Below are positions 54,105 to 64,000 of a stretch of 64,000 nucleotides of DNA, piece by piece. The first letter of the stretch is position 1; each line of letters begins with the position of its first letter. Below the pieces are notes generated by a model, which did not search any database, was not told where the DNA came from, and saw only the letters and a list, made by a program, of their open reading frames with translations. The stretch lies in IMG/VR virus record IMGVR_UViG_3300031949_001708, positions 1,936-65,935 of that record; one strand, given 5' to 3'. Both the position numbers and the translations under genes were made by a program. Source of the DNA: a virus (lineage: Duplodnaviria > Caudoviricetes).

Positions 54105-55622
54105 ATGCCGGCAGTAGCGCAGAAGACGCTCCAGAAGACGTCGCAGTCGCGCGTCTTCACCATCGAGGGAGGGGCGGGTCCGGCGAATGCGCCGGTCTAT
54201 CAGTCCCTCGCCCGGGCGATGGCGGTCTCGTGGCCGCAGGGCGACGTGACGCCCGTCCGCATCCCGGACCCGGACCAGTACGAGTCGTTCGTCGTTGTGG
54301 ACCAGATCAAGGGCCAGCAGGGCCTCCCGACGCTCGGCCTGCAGTTCCGCAAGGACCGGAGCCTGTCGGACCTCCTGACGCTGGTCCGCAAGGGCTGCGC
54401 GTTCGACGTCCAGGTCCACGTCGGCGCGTGCAAGACGCCCAGCGACTTCAACGAGGGGTGGGAGCTGATCCAGGTGTTCGAGCTCGCGAGCATCACGAGT
54501 TACGACACGGACGAACTCGGCGCCCTTGACGCCGACCAGAACGCCGTGGTCAACGAGGCCGCGGCCCTGACGGGCCTGGACTACTACGAGCTCAAGCCGC
54601 TCGCGGCCCAGGAGCAGGCGGCATCCGAGGTCGTGCAGGAAGTGGTGGACGTCTCGATCTGCGACTCCAAAACCTGCGGCGAATGCGGCCTGCCGACGGA
54701 CGGCTGCCAGAAGGTCTTCGCCCTCACGAAGTCACACGGCGGCTCCCCCGGCCTCCCGGCCGAGATCGTCTTCACTGAAGACGGCGGCGGCTCCTTCCTC
54801 GACACGAACATCACGACCCTCCCGGCCAACATGGATCCGGACGCGATGGCGTGCGTCGGCATCCACCTCGTGGTGGTGTCGAACGAGGACTGCGCCATCC
54901 ACTACGCCGAGATCGCCGAGATCCTGGACGCGGCCGAAACCTGGACCCGCGTCACGACGGGCCTCGTGTGCGCCGCAGGCGCGCCGAACGACCTCTTCTC
55001 CCTCGGTCGCACCTTCACCTGGATCGTGGGCGATGGCGGCTACATCTACTTCTCCAGCGACATCACGGCCGGCGTGGACGTCCAGACGGCCGGCAGCGTG
55101 ACGGTGCAGAACCTCACGGCCATCCACGGTTACGACACGCTCAACCTCGTGGCCGTGGGGGCGTCCAACACCATCCTTCTGACGCGGAACGGCGGCTCCA
55201 CCTGGGCGGCCGTGACGGGTCCGGCCGCGCTCGCGGGCATCACGCTCAACACCGTCTTCATGCGGTCGAAGGACGAGTGGTTCATCGGCTCGGCCGACGG
55301 CCACCTGTACTACACCCGCGACGGCGGTGCGACCTGGACGGAGAAGGCGTTCCCCGGCTCGGGCTCGGGCGTCGTGCGGGACATCACGTTCCCGACGCCG
55401 ACCGTCGGCTACCTGTCGCACGACACGGCCGCGAACCGCGCCCGTATTCTCAGGAGCATCGACGGCGGCCACTCGTGGTACGTCCTGCCGGAGGGAACGC
55501 TCTCGCTCCCGCTCGCCGACGCGATCAACGCGATCGCGGCCTGCCGGGAGGACCCGAACCTCGTGTGGGGTGGCGGTCTCGGTGACAACGCCGTCGACGG
55601 GTTCCTCGTGAAAGCAGCGTAG
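54105..55622 (+). CDS. Putative major tail protein with C-terminal BNR/YCF48-like beta-propeller
   Basis: Directly upstream of chaperone and tape measure; repeated T.(D/N)GG.TW boxes. Confidence 0.65.
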   Translation: MPAVAQKTLQKTSQSRVFTIEGGAGPANAPVYQSLARAMAVSWPQGDVTPVRIPDPDQYESFVVVDQIKGQQGLPTLGLQFRKDRSLSDLLTLVRKGCAFDVQVHVGACKTPSDFNEGWELIQVFELASITSYDTDELGALDADQNAVVNEAAALTGLDYYELKPLAAQEQAASEVVQEVVDVSICDSKTCGECGLPTDGCQKVFALTKSHGGSPGLPAEIVFTEDGGGSFLDTNITTLPANMDPDAMACVGIHLVVVSNEDCAIHYAEIAEILDAAETWTRVTTGLVCAAGAPNDLFSLGRTFTWIVGDGGYIYFSSDITAGVDVQTAGSVTVQNLTAIHGYDTLNLVAVGASNTILLTRNGGSTWAAVTGPAALAGITLNTVFMRSKDEWFIGSADGHLYYTRDGGATWTEKAFPGSGSGVVRDITFPTPTVGYLSHDTAANRARILRSIDGGHSWYVLPEGTLSLPLADAINAIAACREDPNLVWGGGLGDNAVDGFLVKAA

Positions 55623-55628
55623 GCTGAC

Positions 55629-56330
55629 GTGACGAGCGATTTTGCAGATGCGGCCGCTTCCATCAGCGCGGAAGCGTTGGCGGCGGCGGCCCGCACGATT
55701 GCGGCCTTCCAGGCCGGGGGCATGCCCCACGAAGTGACGCTCTCATCGGGCGTCGTCCTTGCCCTCCGGCCTGTGCCGCCGTTCGCGCTGCAGGAGGCGC
55801 TGCGGCAGATCCGCGAACCGGAGCCGCCGATGTGGCTCAACCCGGACAAGGGGCGGGAAGAGCCGAACGCCGGCGACCCGGATTACCTGGCTGCGATCGA
55901 CCACTACGTCGAACTGCGGCTCGAGACGATTGCGAACGTCACGATGGCGCTCGGTACGGACCTCAAGTCCTGCCCCCCGGGCATGCCGGGCCCGGAGGAC
56001 GACGTCTGGATCGAGGAGATGGAGGTCGCGACCGATGGCCGCATTTCGATCCCTCGCACGCCACCGCGAGCCCGCTACGTCGCGTGGCTCCGGTTCCGCG
56101 CCATGCCGCGGACTAACGACATCGCCGTCGTGGCGGCGCTGCCGCTGCTCCTCGCGGGCATCAGCGAGGGGGAGGTGGCGGCCACCATGGCCTCCTTTTC
56201 GAGTGACGAGGAACGGGGAGGCGATCCTGTACCACCCCCTGGGCGGGACGGTACGAACGGGCATCGAGTACGAGGCGCTGGTTCCGGGGCTCGTGCCGGA
56301 GCTCGAGGAGAGGGAAGCGGCGCGCTTTAA
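55629..56330 (+). CDS. Tail assembly chaperone (G-like)
   Basis: Position before tape measure; overlapping downstream frame. Confidence 0.7.
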   Translation: MTSDFADAAASISAEALAAAARTIAAFQAGGMPHEVTLSSGVVLALRPVPPFALQEALRQIREPEPPMWLNPDKGREEPNAGDPDYLAAIDHYVELRLETIANVTMALGTDLKSCPPGMPGPEDDVWIEEMEVATDGRISIPRTPPRARYVAWLRFRAMPRTNDIAVVAALPLLLAGISEGEVAATMASFSSDEERGGDPVPPPGRDGTNGHRVRGAGSGARAGARGEGSGAL

Positions 56331-56490
56331 CGGCTACACCTGGCGCGACTGGCTCGAGCTGGAGCGCCACGAGCGGGCTACAGGGATCGGTCACTCCCGC
56401 CTCACGCACCTGATCGCCCTCCACCAGCAGGATGCGGTCCGAGACGACGAGCGCCTCCGGGCGCTCATGAGGCGATCCAATGGCGCTTGA
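56197..56490 (+). CDS. Frameshifted extension of tail chaperone (T-like)
   Basis: Frame FRVTRNGEAI...A.FNGY.W.DW runs to tape-measure start; TTTT at 56196-56199. Confidence 0.55.
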   Translation, partial: FRVTRNGEAILYHPLGGTVRTGIEYEALVPGLVPELEEREAARFNGYTWRDWLELERHERATGIGHSRLTHLIALHQQDAVRDDERLRALMRRSNGA

Positions 56491-59400
56491 ACAGATCGGC
56501 TTTCAGGCGGTAATCCAGGGCCTCGGCACCTTCCTCTCCGGGACGGCCCAGATCGAGAAGGCGCAGGGCCGGGTCGAAGACTCGACCAAGAAGACGTCCA
56601 CCGCCTTCGGCGCGTTCCAGAAGATCGCCATGGCCTCCGCAGCTGCGGGCGCAGCCGCCGTCCTGGGGCTTGGCGTCGCGGCCCTCAAGATGGCGGCCGA
56701 CTTCGACAAGGGCATGCGGGAGGTCAACTCGATCGCCAAGTTGTCGGAGTCCGGTTTCAAGCAGCTAGAGAAAGACACGCTCGCGTTCTCGAAGCAGATC
56801 GGCATCGCGGCGAACGAGGTCGTACCGGCGCTCTACCAGGCCCTCTCGGCCGGCGTGCCGGTGGATAACGTCTTCGAGTTCATGCGGGTGGCGGGCGAGG
56901 CGGCGATCGGCGGCGTCACGACGCTCGAGACGGCCGTGGATGGCCTCACGTCCGTCGTCAACGCCTACGGCGCCGAGAACCTGTCGGCCGCCCGCGCGGC
57001 TGACATCATGTTCAAGGCGGTGGAAGTCGGCAAGACGACGTTCGAGGAACTGTCGATGAACCTGGCGGACGTCGTGCCAACGGCCGTGGCGGCGGGCGTG
57101 TCGTTCGAGGAGGTGGCGGCGGCCGTCGCGACCATGACGGTCCAGGGCATCCGCACGACCGTCGCCACCACGTCCCTCAACCAGGCGCTCGTCGAGTTGC
57201 AGAAGCCGATGCCTCCGCTCGCGAAGGTCATGGAGGCGGCGGCCAAGAAGATCGGCGCGGCCGACGGATCGTTCAAGTCGATGAAGCTCTCGGGCGCGAG
57301 CCTCGAGACGATCCTCATCGCGCTGGAGGACGCGGCCGCCGAGATGGGGCTTAGCCTCACGCAGGTGTTCGGCTCCGTCGAGGCGTCGAAGGCCGTCCTG
57401 TCGCTCACGGGCCAGAGCGCCGAGATCGCGGCGCGGCAGTTCGATCAAGTGACGAACAGCACGGGCTCGGCCCGCGCGGCGTTCGAGGAGCTGAACAAGA
57501 GCGCGGCGCGGCAGTTCGAGATGCTGAAGACGAAGATCACCGCCACGATGATCGAGTTGGGGACGAAGGCCATCCCGCTCGTGATCGCGGGGCTGGAGAA
57601 GCTAAACGCCATCTTCCCTACGATCGTGTCGGGCGGGACGAAGCTCGCAACCGCCCTGGCGTCGATCGCGAAGTTCGCCGCCGACAACAAGGTCCAGGTC
57701 GGGCTTTTCATCGGCATCCTGGCGGTCCCGAAGATTCTGGGCGCCGCTTCCGCCCTCCTGCAGATGGCGGGTGCCATGCGGGCGATGGCCGCCGCGAGGA
57801 TCGGGCAGGTCGGCCAGGATTACGCCTTCTTCGCCAAGAGCCTCGCGGGCGCGCCGATGCTCACGCGGTCGCTCGGACCGCTCCTCATGACGCTCGGCAC
57901 ACTGGCAGGTCCGCTGGCGCTTGGCGGCATCGCGCTCGCGGCCGTCGGGGCGAGCCTCGGGATCGAGAAGCTCATCCCCTTCTTGAACAAGGGCGAGAGC
58001 GCGTCGGAGCGCTTCGAGAAGCGCCTGAAGGAGTTGAAGGATAGGCTCGCCGACATCGACCGCTCTCTCTTCCTTGGCCGCATCGACGAGTTCCAAGCCT
58101 CCCTCTACAACGTCGCGAACGTCATGAAAACGCTCAACGACATGAGCGCGGACTTCGTGCGGAAGCTAGACGACATCGACAAGACGAAGGCTCTCTTCAA
58201 CGAGGCGCAGCGGGCGGAGATGGCGGCGCGTGCGCACACGGACCTGTACGAGTCGATGGCCAAGGTTCTCCGCGAGGCCGAACTGACGGAGCCAGAGATA
58301 CAGGCGCTTTCCGACGTCATGGGCGAGGCGGCGCCCAAAGGCCGCATTGCGGCCGAGGCGGTAGGAGGCCTCTTCCACGCGCTCGAGCTGGCCTACCCCG
58401 CGACGGCTAAGCAGGCGGGCGCGACCAGGGACGCGGTCGAGGCGCTAAAGGCGGCCCGCACGCCCCTGGAGAAGCAGGCCGACCTGTACGCCGAGATCGC
58501 GAAGCAGGCGGGGGCTGCCGCCCTCTCGGTTAAGGGCTATGACGATGTGACGAAGGCGGTGGCGACAGCCCTGACGAAGGAGCAACTCGTCGCCGATGCC
58601 GAGATCGCGAGTCTCCAGCGGCGCGCCAAGGTGCTCGAGCGCGCGGGCCAGGCCGAGAGCGTCGAGGCGAAGAACATCCAGGCGCGGATCACGTACCTCG
58701 AAGACGAGCGCGAGCTCGTCAGTCTCACGGCAGCGGAGCTCGTGGCGAAGGGCAGGGTGCAGGAGGCGCTCAACAAGGCAACGGAGGGCAAGCTCACGCT
58801 GGACCGCGATGTGTTGGCCCAGCTTCTTGACATAGTGGAGGCGACGGGGCAGGACGTCTCGGTCGAGCGGGACATGCTCGGCATCTACCCGGTCGTGACG
58901 CAGGCGATGAAGGATCAGGCGGAGGCGGCCCGCCTGAACGCGGAGAAGCTGGCCTCGATGGGCCCGGCGGCCGAGACGTCGGCCGGCCAGATGGAGGGCG
59001 CGGGCGTCCGCATGAGCGAGGCCATGAAGGGTCCGGCGCAGGTGGAGCAAGAACTACTGGACCTCCTGCGAGACACGGGCCCGATGGCCGTGGCACAGAT
59101 CCCGTCCTTCGATGCGCTCGGGACGCGCGGGCGCGCGGACGAGGAACTCCTGATCCGCGGCATGGACACGCTCTCGAAGGGGATTCTGGGCCTCGGCCCC
59201 GCCGTGCTGGCACAGGGTAGCTTCTTCACTCGGTTCGCCGCCATCGCTAACGCGGCACTCGCCTCCCTCATCCTCGCCAAGACGCGCGAGGCGATCGACT
59301 CCGTTGCTCGCGCTCTCGCGGGTATCGGGGCCGCTGCTGCTGCCGGGACGCCGCCCGAGGGACGGGAGTTCGGCGGACCCGTCGCGGCCGGCCGCCCCAT

Positions 59401-59647
59401 GTGGGTCGGTGAGACGCAGCCGGAGATTTTCATCCCGCGCTCACCCGGCATCGTGGCGCGGCCGCAGCAGCTCCAGCTCGGAGGCGCGGGCTTCGGCGGC
59501 CCGTCCTTCGCGCCCGTGATCAACGTTTCGGGCCACACGATCGAGGAGATGGAGGTCGCGACCCTCGCGGCAGTCAGACACGCGTTCCAGGATGCTCGCC
59601 GCGTCGCCCTCCGCAGCGGTCAGCCGCTCACGTCGGGGATAAGCTGA
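56480..59647 (+). CDS. Tail tape measure protein (TP901-like core)
   Basis: 1055 aa Ala-rich helical; AADF.K.M.EV, ALYQALSAG, G.T.F.EL; C-term GGPV..GE..PE. Confidence 0.95.
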   Translation: MALEQIGFQAVIQGLGTFLSGTAQIEKAQGRVEDSTKKTSTAFGAFQKIAMASAAAGAAAVLGLGVAALKMAADFDKGMREVNSIAKLSESGFKQLEKDTLAFSKQIGIAANEVVPALYQALSAGVPVDNVFEFMRVAGEAAIGGVTTLETAVDGLTSVVNAYGAENLSAARAADIMFKAVEVGKTTFEELSMNLADVVPTAVAAGVSFEEVAAAVATMTVQGIRTTVATTSLNQALVELQKPMPPLAKVMEAAAKKIGAADGSFKSMKLSGASLETILIALEDAAAEMGLSLTQVFGSVEASKAVLSLTGQSAEIAARQFDQVTNSTGSARAAFEELNKSAARQFEMLKTKITATMIELGTKAIPLVIAGLEKLNAIFPTIVSGGTKLATALASIAKFAADNKVQVGLFIGILAVPKILGAASALLQMAGAMRAMAAARIGQVGQDYAFFAKSLAGAPMLTRSLGPLLMTLGTLAGPLALGGIALAAVGASLGIEKLIPFLNKGESASERFEKRLKELKDRLADIDRSLFLGRIDEFQASLYNVANVMKTLNDMSADFVRKLDDIDKTKALFNEAQRAEMAARAHTDLYESMAKVLREAELTEPEIQALSDVMGEAAPKGRIAAEAVGGLFHALELAYPATAKQAGATRDAVEALKAARTPLEKQADLYAEIAKQAGAAALSVKGYDDVTKAVATALTKEQLVADAEIASLQRRAKVLERAGQAESVEAKNIQARITYLEDERELVSLTAAELVAKGRVQEALNKATEGKLTLDRDVLAQLLDIVEATGQDVSVERDMLGIYPVVTQAMKDQAEAARLNAEKLASMGPAAETSAGQMEGAGVRMSEAMKGPAQVEQELLDLLRDTGPMAVAQIPSFDALGTRGRADEELLIRGMDTLSKGILGLGPAVLAQGSFFTRFAAIANAALASLILAKTREAIDSVARALAGIGAAAAAGTPPEGREFGGPVAAGRPMWVGETQPEIFIPRSPGIVARPQQLQLGGAGFGGPSFAPVINVSGHTIEEMEVATLAAVRHAFQDARRVALRSGQPLTSGIS

Positions 59648-60027
59648 TGCCGTACCCATGGCCGTCCTTGGGCAGCTTCCTTTTCGCCCGGGACGAGAGC
59701 CCCATCTGGGGCTCGGACCAGGGCTGGCGAAGATCGCCGACCTACGCGCGCCGCCGGCCGCTCGGTTCTGCCACTGACTCCGTCCTGACGCTGGCGATCG
59801 GCTCGGCTGATCGTTCCTTCGAGCTCTACCTAAGCCCGAGCCGCCTCGCGACTCTCGAGGCGCTCGTCAACACGTCCGCCCTCTTCACCGATTGGGAGCG
59901 ACCGACGCCGGACTCCCGCATGGCGCTCCTTTCCTCGGTTGATCCGCTCGAGTGGGTCGCGGTGGCGTGCTCGGACGGCACGACCCAGAAGCGCGTTCGG
60001 GCGGCGCTAACGCTGGTTTCGCAGTAG
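59647..60027 (+). CDS. Putative distal tail protein
   Basis: Follows tape measure. Confidence 0.55.
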   Translation: MPYPWPSLGSFLFARDESPIWGSDQGWRRSPTYARRRPLGSATDSVLTLAIGSADRSFELYLSPSRLATLEALVNTSALFTDWERPTPDSRMALLSSVDPLEWVAVACSDGTTQKRVRAALTLVSQ

Positions 60028-63000
60028 ATGCCGACTCTCAAGGAGCTCTACGAGGAAGACGATCACCGCCGCACCTCCTTTGACGTCTGGGTAGGCAACG
60101 TCCGCCTCTCGGACGTGCTGGACATTGAGTGGCAGTTCGAGTTCGGGGCCGTCGCGACGGCCGCCGTCACGGTGCCGCGGGCGGCATTACCGGCGAGCGT
60201 GGACTTCAACAGCGTCGTCCGCATCTACGTCGGCTTCGATGGCGTAAACGCGATCCAGTTCACCGGCAAGGTCGACTCGCCGGTCTACGGGACGGACAGC
60301 GTTCGCATCGAGTGCGTCGGCCGGTCCTGGCTCCTGGACGTCGTGTATAAACGGACGATCAACGTCACGTTCGTCGGGTTGGCCAACACGATCGTCCAGA
60401 ACCTCCTGGCTCAGGCTGGGATCGCGGACTACGTCGCGGCCCTGCCAGCCTGGACGGTCGGTAGCGTCGTGCCGCAGACGCTCGAATTCCAAACGTACGG
60501 TGAGGCCATTATGAAGGTGGCGGAGGTCGACGGCAGCCCCTGGTATGAGCTGCCCAGCGGCCAGGTACGGGTAGAGCAGCGCGACCCGCTGCCGGCGCCG
60601 ACGGCCTTTCGGGAGTACTTCTCGGGCGTCCTCACGGGCGTGGCCGAGTCGCAACCGGTCGGGATCACGAACGCCGCCGCCAGGCCCCGTATCCTGCAGG
60701 CCACGCTCCGCACGGTCCTGCGGGAAGTCTGCAACTCCATCACGATCCGGGGCGCGGCCGTCGACACGGTGGGGCCGGAGGGTGAGACCAACACGGACGT
60801 GATCGAGACGTCCTGCGACGGGCCGTCGCCCTGGATACCGATCCCGCCCGAGTTTCGAGACTTCACCTTCAACAACGAGCTCATCGACACGGCGGCAAAG
60901 GCTGGAGCCGTCTGCTCGCGGTACTACGCACTGAAGAACCGCCTCGAGCAGCGCCTGAGCCTTACGGTTGACGGCGACCCGCAACTCTTCCTCGGCGCGA
61001 CCGTCCTGGTCGAGGACCCGAGCTACACCGGCGTGACGGGCCGCTGGTTCGTCTACGGCTACTCATCCCGGCTCGACAGCGGCGGCTTCTCCACGACCCT
61101 CGATCTGCGCGGCGGCGGCCCAGCGGCCGGCGGCTCACCGGCGATCGACCCGTTCGCCTGCTTCGTCTGGAACAACGAGAAGGTCGAGCCCGGCGGCGAC
61201 AGCGACCAGCCGGCGGCGAAATTCCAGCAGGTCGTCCCGGCCGGTACGCCCGGAGGACCTGCCGGCGGTGGGCTGGCCGTGATCGTGACGTTCGACGGGC
61301 GCTGCTCGACGGACGTGGACGGCTCGATCGCCTCCTACGCCTGGTCGGACGACCAGGGCGGAGCCGGGACAGGCCCGGTTTGGCAGCAGGTCTACGACCC
61401 GGCGGTCATCTCGTCGGTCGTCGTGACGCTCATCGTCACGGACAACGACGGCCGAACGGACGACGTGATCAAGACGGTGAACATCAAGGCCGACGCCACC
61501 ACACCACCGGACCCGACGGTAAACGACTACGCGAGCGGCGGGGGCGAGCTGCTGATCCCCACGATCTACTGCGCCGCCGGCAACACGGCCATGTGCTCCG
61601 TCGACGGCGGCGTCTCGTGGACGGACCTGACGCCGGCAGCCGCGGGTGCGAGCGGCCTCTTCATCTCCGTCTCCGGCGCTCTGCTCCTCGACTTCTCCCG
61701 CGTCGCGGTCTTCGGCACGACGGCAGGCGAGCTCGTCCGCACGACCGACGCTTGCGCCACCGGCGCCGTCGTCTACACGGTTCCGGGTGGGCCGAGAGTC
61801 GAGTTCGTCTGGAAAGACGTGGACCTCCTCCTCATCTGGTGGGCCTCAACCGTCGACGGCCGCATCTACCGCTCGGCGGACGACGGCGTGACGTGGAGCC
61901 TCTACCACAACTTCGGCGACGGCTATCCGGTCTATCGCCTCGCGACGCCAAACGCCGGGCCCTACCGGGGCTGGCTCTTCGCCTACGGCGGCAACACGGC
62001 CGTGCCCTCGAGCCTCATCCGTTACGACGCCGGCAAAACCGGAGCCTGGACCTCCGTGCCGATCGGCGGGCTGCTCGCGGCCGCGATCTCCCTCGCTGGG
62101 GCGGGCTACTCCGTCCAGGAGGCGGCGTCGGCCGAGTCGGACGACCTCGCCATCATCTTCACCGCCGGCGTCTCGCCGGTCCACTGGTACAACCCCAACT
62201 TCCAGGACGGCGAGGGCTGGGTCGCGGCCATCGGCCTCGCGGCTGGCGCTGGCGAGGCGCTGGCGCCGGGTTACATGGGCGCGGGCGACCTCCTCGCCGT
62301 CATCGCGAGCCTCACGACCTACAGCGCCAGCGACGGCGAGACGTTCGTCGCGGGGGCGAACCCCACGCCCTCGCAGGTCAATCACCTCTTCTGGGAGACG
62401 GGTCAGTTCGGCGTCTACATCGGCGCGGCCGCCGGCGGGATCGTCAAGACGGTGGACCACGGTGAGACCTGGGGCTATATCCGGCCGCTCGGCGTCGTGA
62501 CGTGGCCTGCCGGCGCTGTGGGCTACATGATCAGCTTCGAGGCGGAGCCGCTCCAACCCGCGACGGCGGACCTCTACGTGGTCTCGGACCTCACGTACGA
62601 GCGCCTCACGGTCGGCGACGCCTGGGAGGTCAAGGACGGGGCGGCTCCGAATGTGGCAAGCGGCCTTATCCGCTACATTTCAAATGGCCTCATGTTCCAT
62701 CTGGAGCGCCGGGTTTGTTCTCCAGGCGCAGGTCAAGGCCTCTACCGCTCGATCGACTATGGAGAGAGCTGGGCAGAAGTAGCGCCGCCGAGCGCTGATC
62801 ACGGCTGTGTCTGGTACGACGTTGCGCCAGGTGGTCGGCTCTGGGCTGTCTGGTGGAACAACTCGAACAATCATGCCGAGGTCTGGCGCTCCGATGACGA
62901 CGGCGACAACTGGACGCTCTCGTATGACCGCGGCTCGGCATTCCGCTGGATCGCGAATGTTCACGTCGATCCAGGGAATGAGAACAATCTCGTCCTCGGC

Positions 63001-63600
63001 GTTGACGACGCCATCGGTCAGGCCGCGCCATGCGTCGTCTCGACGGACGGTGGCGCGACCTGGACGCTCAAGACGCCGCTGGGCGGTGCAATGGCGGCCT
63101 GTGACACGCGTGTCTGGTGGGGCCTCGGCGGTCGTCTCATCTGCCAGCTTGTCGGCGTCTTCTTCGGTGGCGTGAACATCATCACTTCCGACGACTACGG
63201 TGATTCCTGGACGCTGCGCTTAACGGTCGGCCACAATGACGCCGACGTTGGCGAGATCGTTCGCGCGGGTGGGGCTTCTGCCCCGAACTACTTCTCGTAT
63301 GGCCATAACGACGTGGGGGTTTCGGAGCACCTCCATCGTTCGCAAGACAACGGCGAAACGTGGGAGAGCCTGAATCTACCCGCTGGTCCTGATTGGACGA
63401 GTGAGACGATCCAGGCCCTGGCCTACGACATCCTCACGGACCGACTCTACCTGTTATCGTCAGGCGCGACCTACACGACGGAAGTCTGGTATCTTGAGGC
63501 CGCGACCGCCGTCGCTGTGGGCTCGGAGTCTTGGGTCGAACTGCCCTCGACCGGGCTCACGCCGAGCATACTCGGCTGCATGACGCTGATCGTGAGCTGA
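60028..63600 (+). CDS. Tail hub/baseplate protein with PKD domain and BNR propeller repeats
   Basis: N-term hub-like region; FDG..S.D.DG.I.SY.W..VTL.VTDNDG (PKD); many S.D.G.(T/S)W boxes. Confidence 0.8.
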   Translation: MPTLKELYEEDDHRRTSFDVWVGNVRLSDVLDIEWQFEFGAVATAAVTVPRAALPASVDFNSVVRIYVGFDGVNAIQFTGKVDSPVYGTDSVRIECVGRSWLLDVVYKRTINVTFVGLANTIVQNLLAQAGIADYVAALPAWTVGSVVPQTLEFQTYGEAIMKVAEVDGSPWYELPSGQVRVEQRDPLPAPTAFREYFSGVLTGVAESQPVGITNAAARPRILQATLRTVLREVCNSITIRGAAVDTVGPEGETNTDVIETSCDGPSPWIPIPPEFRDFTFNNELIDTAAKAGAVCSRYYALKNRLEQRLSLTVDGDPQLFLGATVLVEDPSYTGVTGRWFVYGYSSRLDSGGFSTTLDLRGGGPAAGGSPAIDPFACFVWNNEKVEPGGDSDQPAAKFQQVVPAGTPGGPAGGGLAVIVTFDGRCSTDVDGSIASYAWSDDQGGAGTGPVWQQVYDPAVISSVVVTLIVTDNDGRTDDVIKTVNIKADATTPPDPTVNDYASGGGELLIPTIYCAAGNTAMCSVDGGVSWTDLTPAAAGASGLFISVSGALLLDFSRVAVFGTTAGELVRTTDACATGAVVYTVPGGPRVEFVWKDVDLLLIWWASTVDGRIYRSADDGVTWSLYHNFGDGYPVYRLATPNAGPYRGWLFAYGGNTAVPSSLIRYDAGKTGAWTSVPIGGLLAAAISLAGAGYSVQEAASAESDDLAIIFTAGVSPVHWYNPNFQDGEGWVAAIGLAAGAGEALAPGYMGAGDLLAVIASLTTYSASDGETFVAGANPTPSQVNHLFWETGQFGVYIGAAAGGIVKTVDHGETWGYIRPLGVVTWPAGAVGYMISFEAEPLQPATADLYVVSDLTYERLTVGDAWEVKDGAAPNVASGLIRYISNGLMFHLERRVCSPGAGQGLYRSIDYGESWAEVAPPSADHGCVWYDVAPGGRLWAVWWNNSNNHAEVWRSDDDGDNWTLSYDRGSAFRWIANVHVDPGNENNLVLGVDDAIGQAAPCVVSTDGGATWTLKTPLGGAMAACDTRVWWGLGGRLICQLVGVFFGGVNIITSDDYGDSWTLRLTVGHNDADVGEIVRAGGASAPNYFSYGHNDVGVSEHLHRSQDNGETWESLNLPAGPDWTSETIQALAYDILTDRLYLLSSGATYTTEVWYLEAATAVAVGSESWVELPSTGLTPSILGCMTLIVS

Positions 63601-63601
63601 C

Positions 63602-64000
63602 ATGATCGACCTGGCCCATTCCGTCCGCGCCCTCGAGCTGGAGGTTCGTGCGCTCAAGTCGCGGCTCCAGCGCGTACTCGTCGGCGCCCAGCTCGCCCCG
63701 GACGCGATCGCCGGTATCGTACCGATCGGCTCGGGTGGTACGGGCGCGGGCTCTGGCCCCCTCTCGATCGTGCCGCGCTTCGTCAATGACTCCGGCGGTG
63801 CCCTGGCCGAGGGCGCGGTCGTGGTTCTCGACGCCGCCGGCGCCAGGGAGATCACGATCACCGCCACGGCTGGCAACCGGCTCGTCATCGGCGCCGTGCA
63901 CGGCGACGCCGCTCCCTACGCCGCCGCCGCGGAGACGCCTGTCCTTGTCCTGGGTTACCACCCGGCCGTGGTGGTCCAGGGAGCCGTGGCGATCGGCGAC
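63602..64000 (+). CDS. Tail/virion protein, truncated by window end
   Basis: ATG after upstream stop; open to end. Confidence 0.6.
   Translation, partial: MIDLAHSVRALELEVRALKSRLQRVLVGAQLAPDAIAGIVPIGSGGTGAGSGPLSIVPRFVNDSGGALAEGAVVVLDAAGAREITITATAGNRLVIGAVHGDAAPYAAAAETPVLVLGYHPAVVVQGAVAIGD

Noticed and set aside
1-64000. tRNA, rRNA, integrase or att sites
   Set aside because: None recognised in this window, so lifestyle (temperate vs lytic) cannot be stated

Overview
The window is a high-GC segment of a tailed (siphovirus-like) phage or prophage, transcribed mostly on the + strand. Host is not determinable; Chloroflexota or Actinomycetota would be a guess only. Order: nucleases/DNA-modification and small accessory genes (1-12.7 kb), terminase and portal (12.8-18.9 kb), structural genes interleaved with accessory ORFs, MuF, prohead protease/scaffold and major capsid (28-34.9 kb), a ~9.5 kb glycosylation/methylation cluster (35-44.5 kb), a minus-strand early-gene block (44.4-48.9 kb), a complete IS1595-family element with cargo (49046-51558, 8-bp TSD), then the tail module running off the end. 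The standout is a TIGR-Tas-like RNA-guided locus. A nuclease-less Nop/IS110-related protein (TasA-like, 8985-10019) is flanked by three 36-nt-period dual-repeat arrays: TGGCGAGCGG-N8-TGGAGAACGG-N8, about 34 units. A fourth orphan mini-array lies 16 kb away. Repeat geometry (10+8 nt, CGG where CCA is usual), a Zn-ribbon insertion in the protein and a RAMA-like gene embedded between arrays make it look like an atypical variant. All family assignments come from motif recognition by eye, not database searches.
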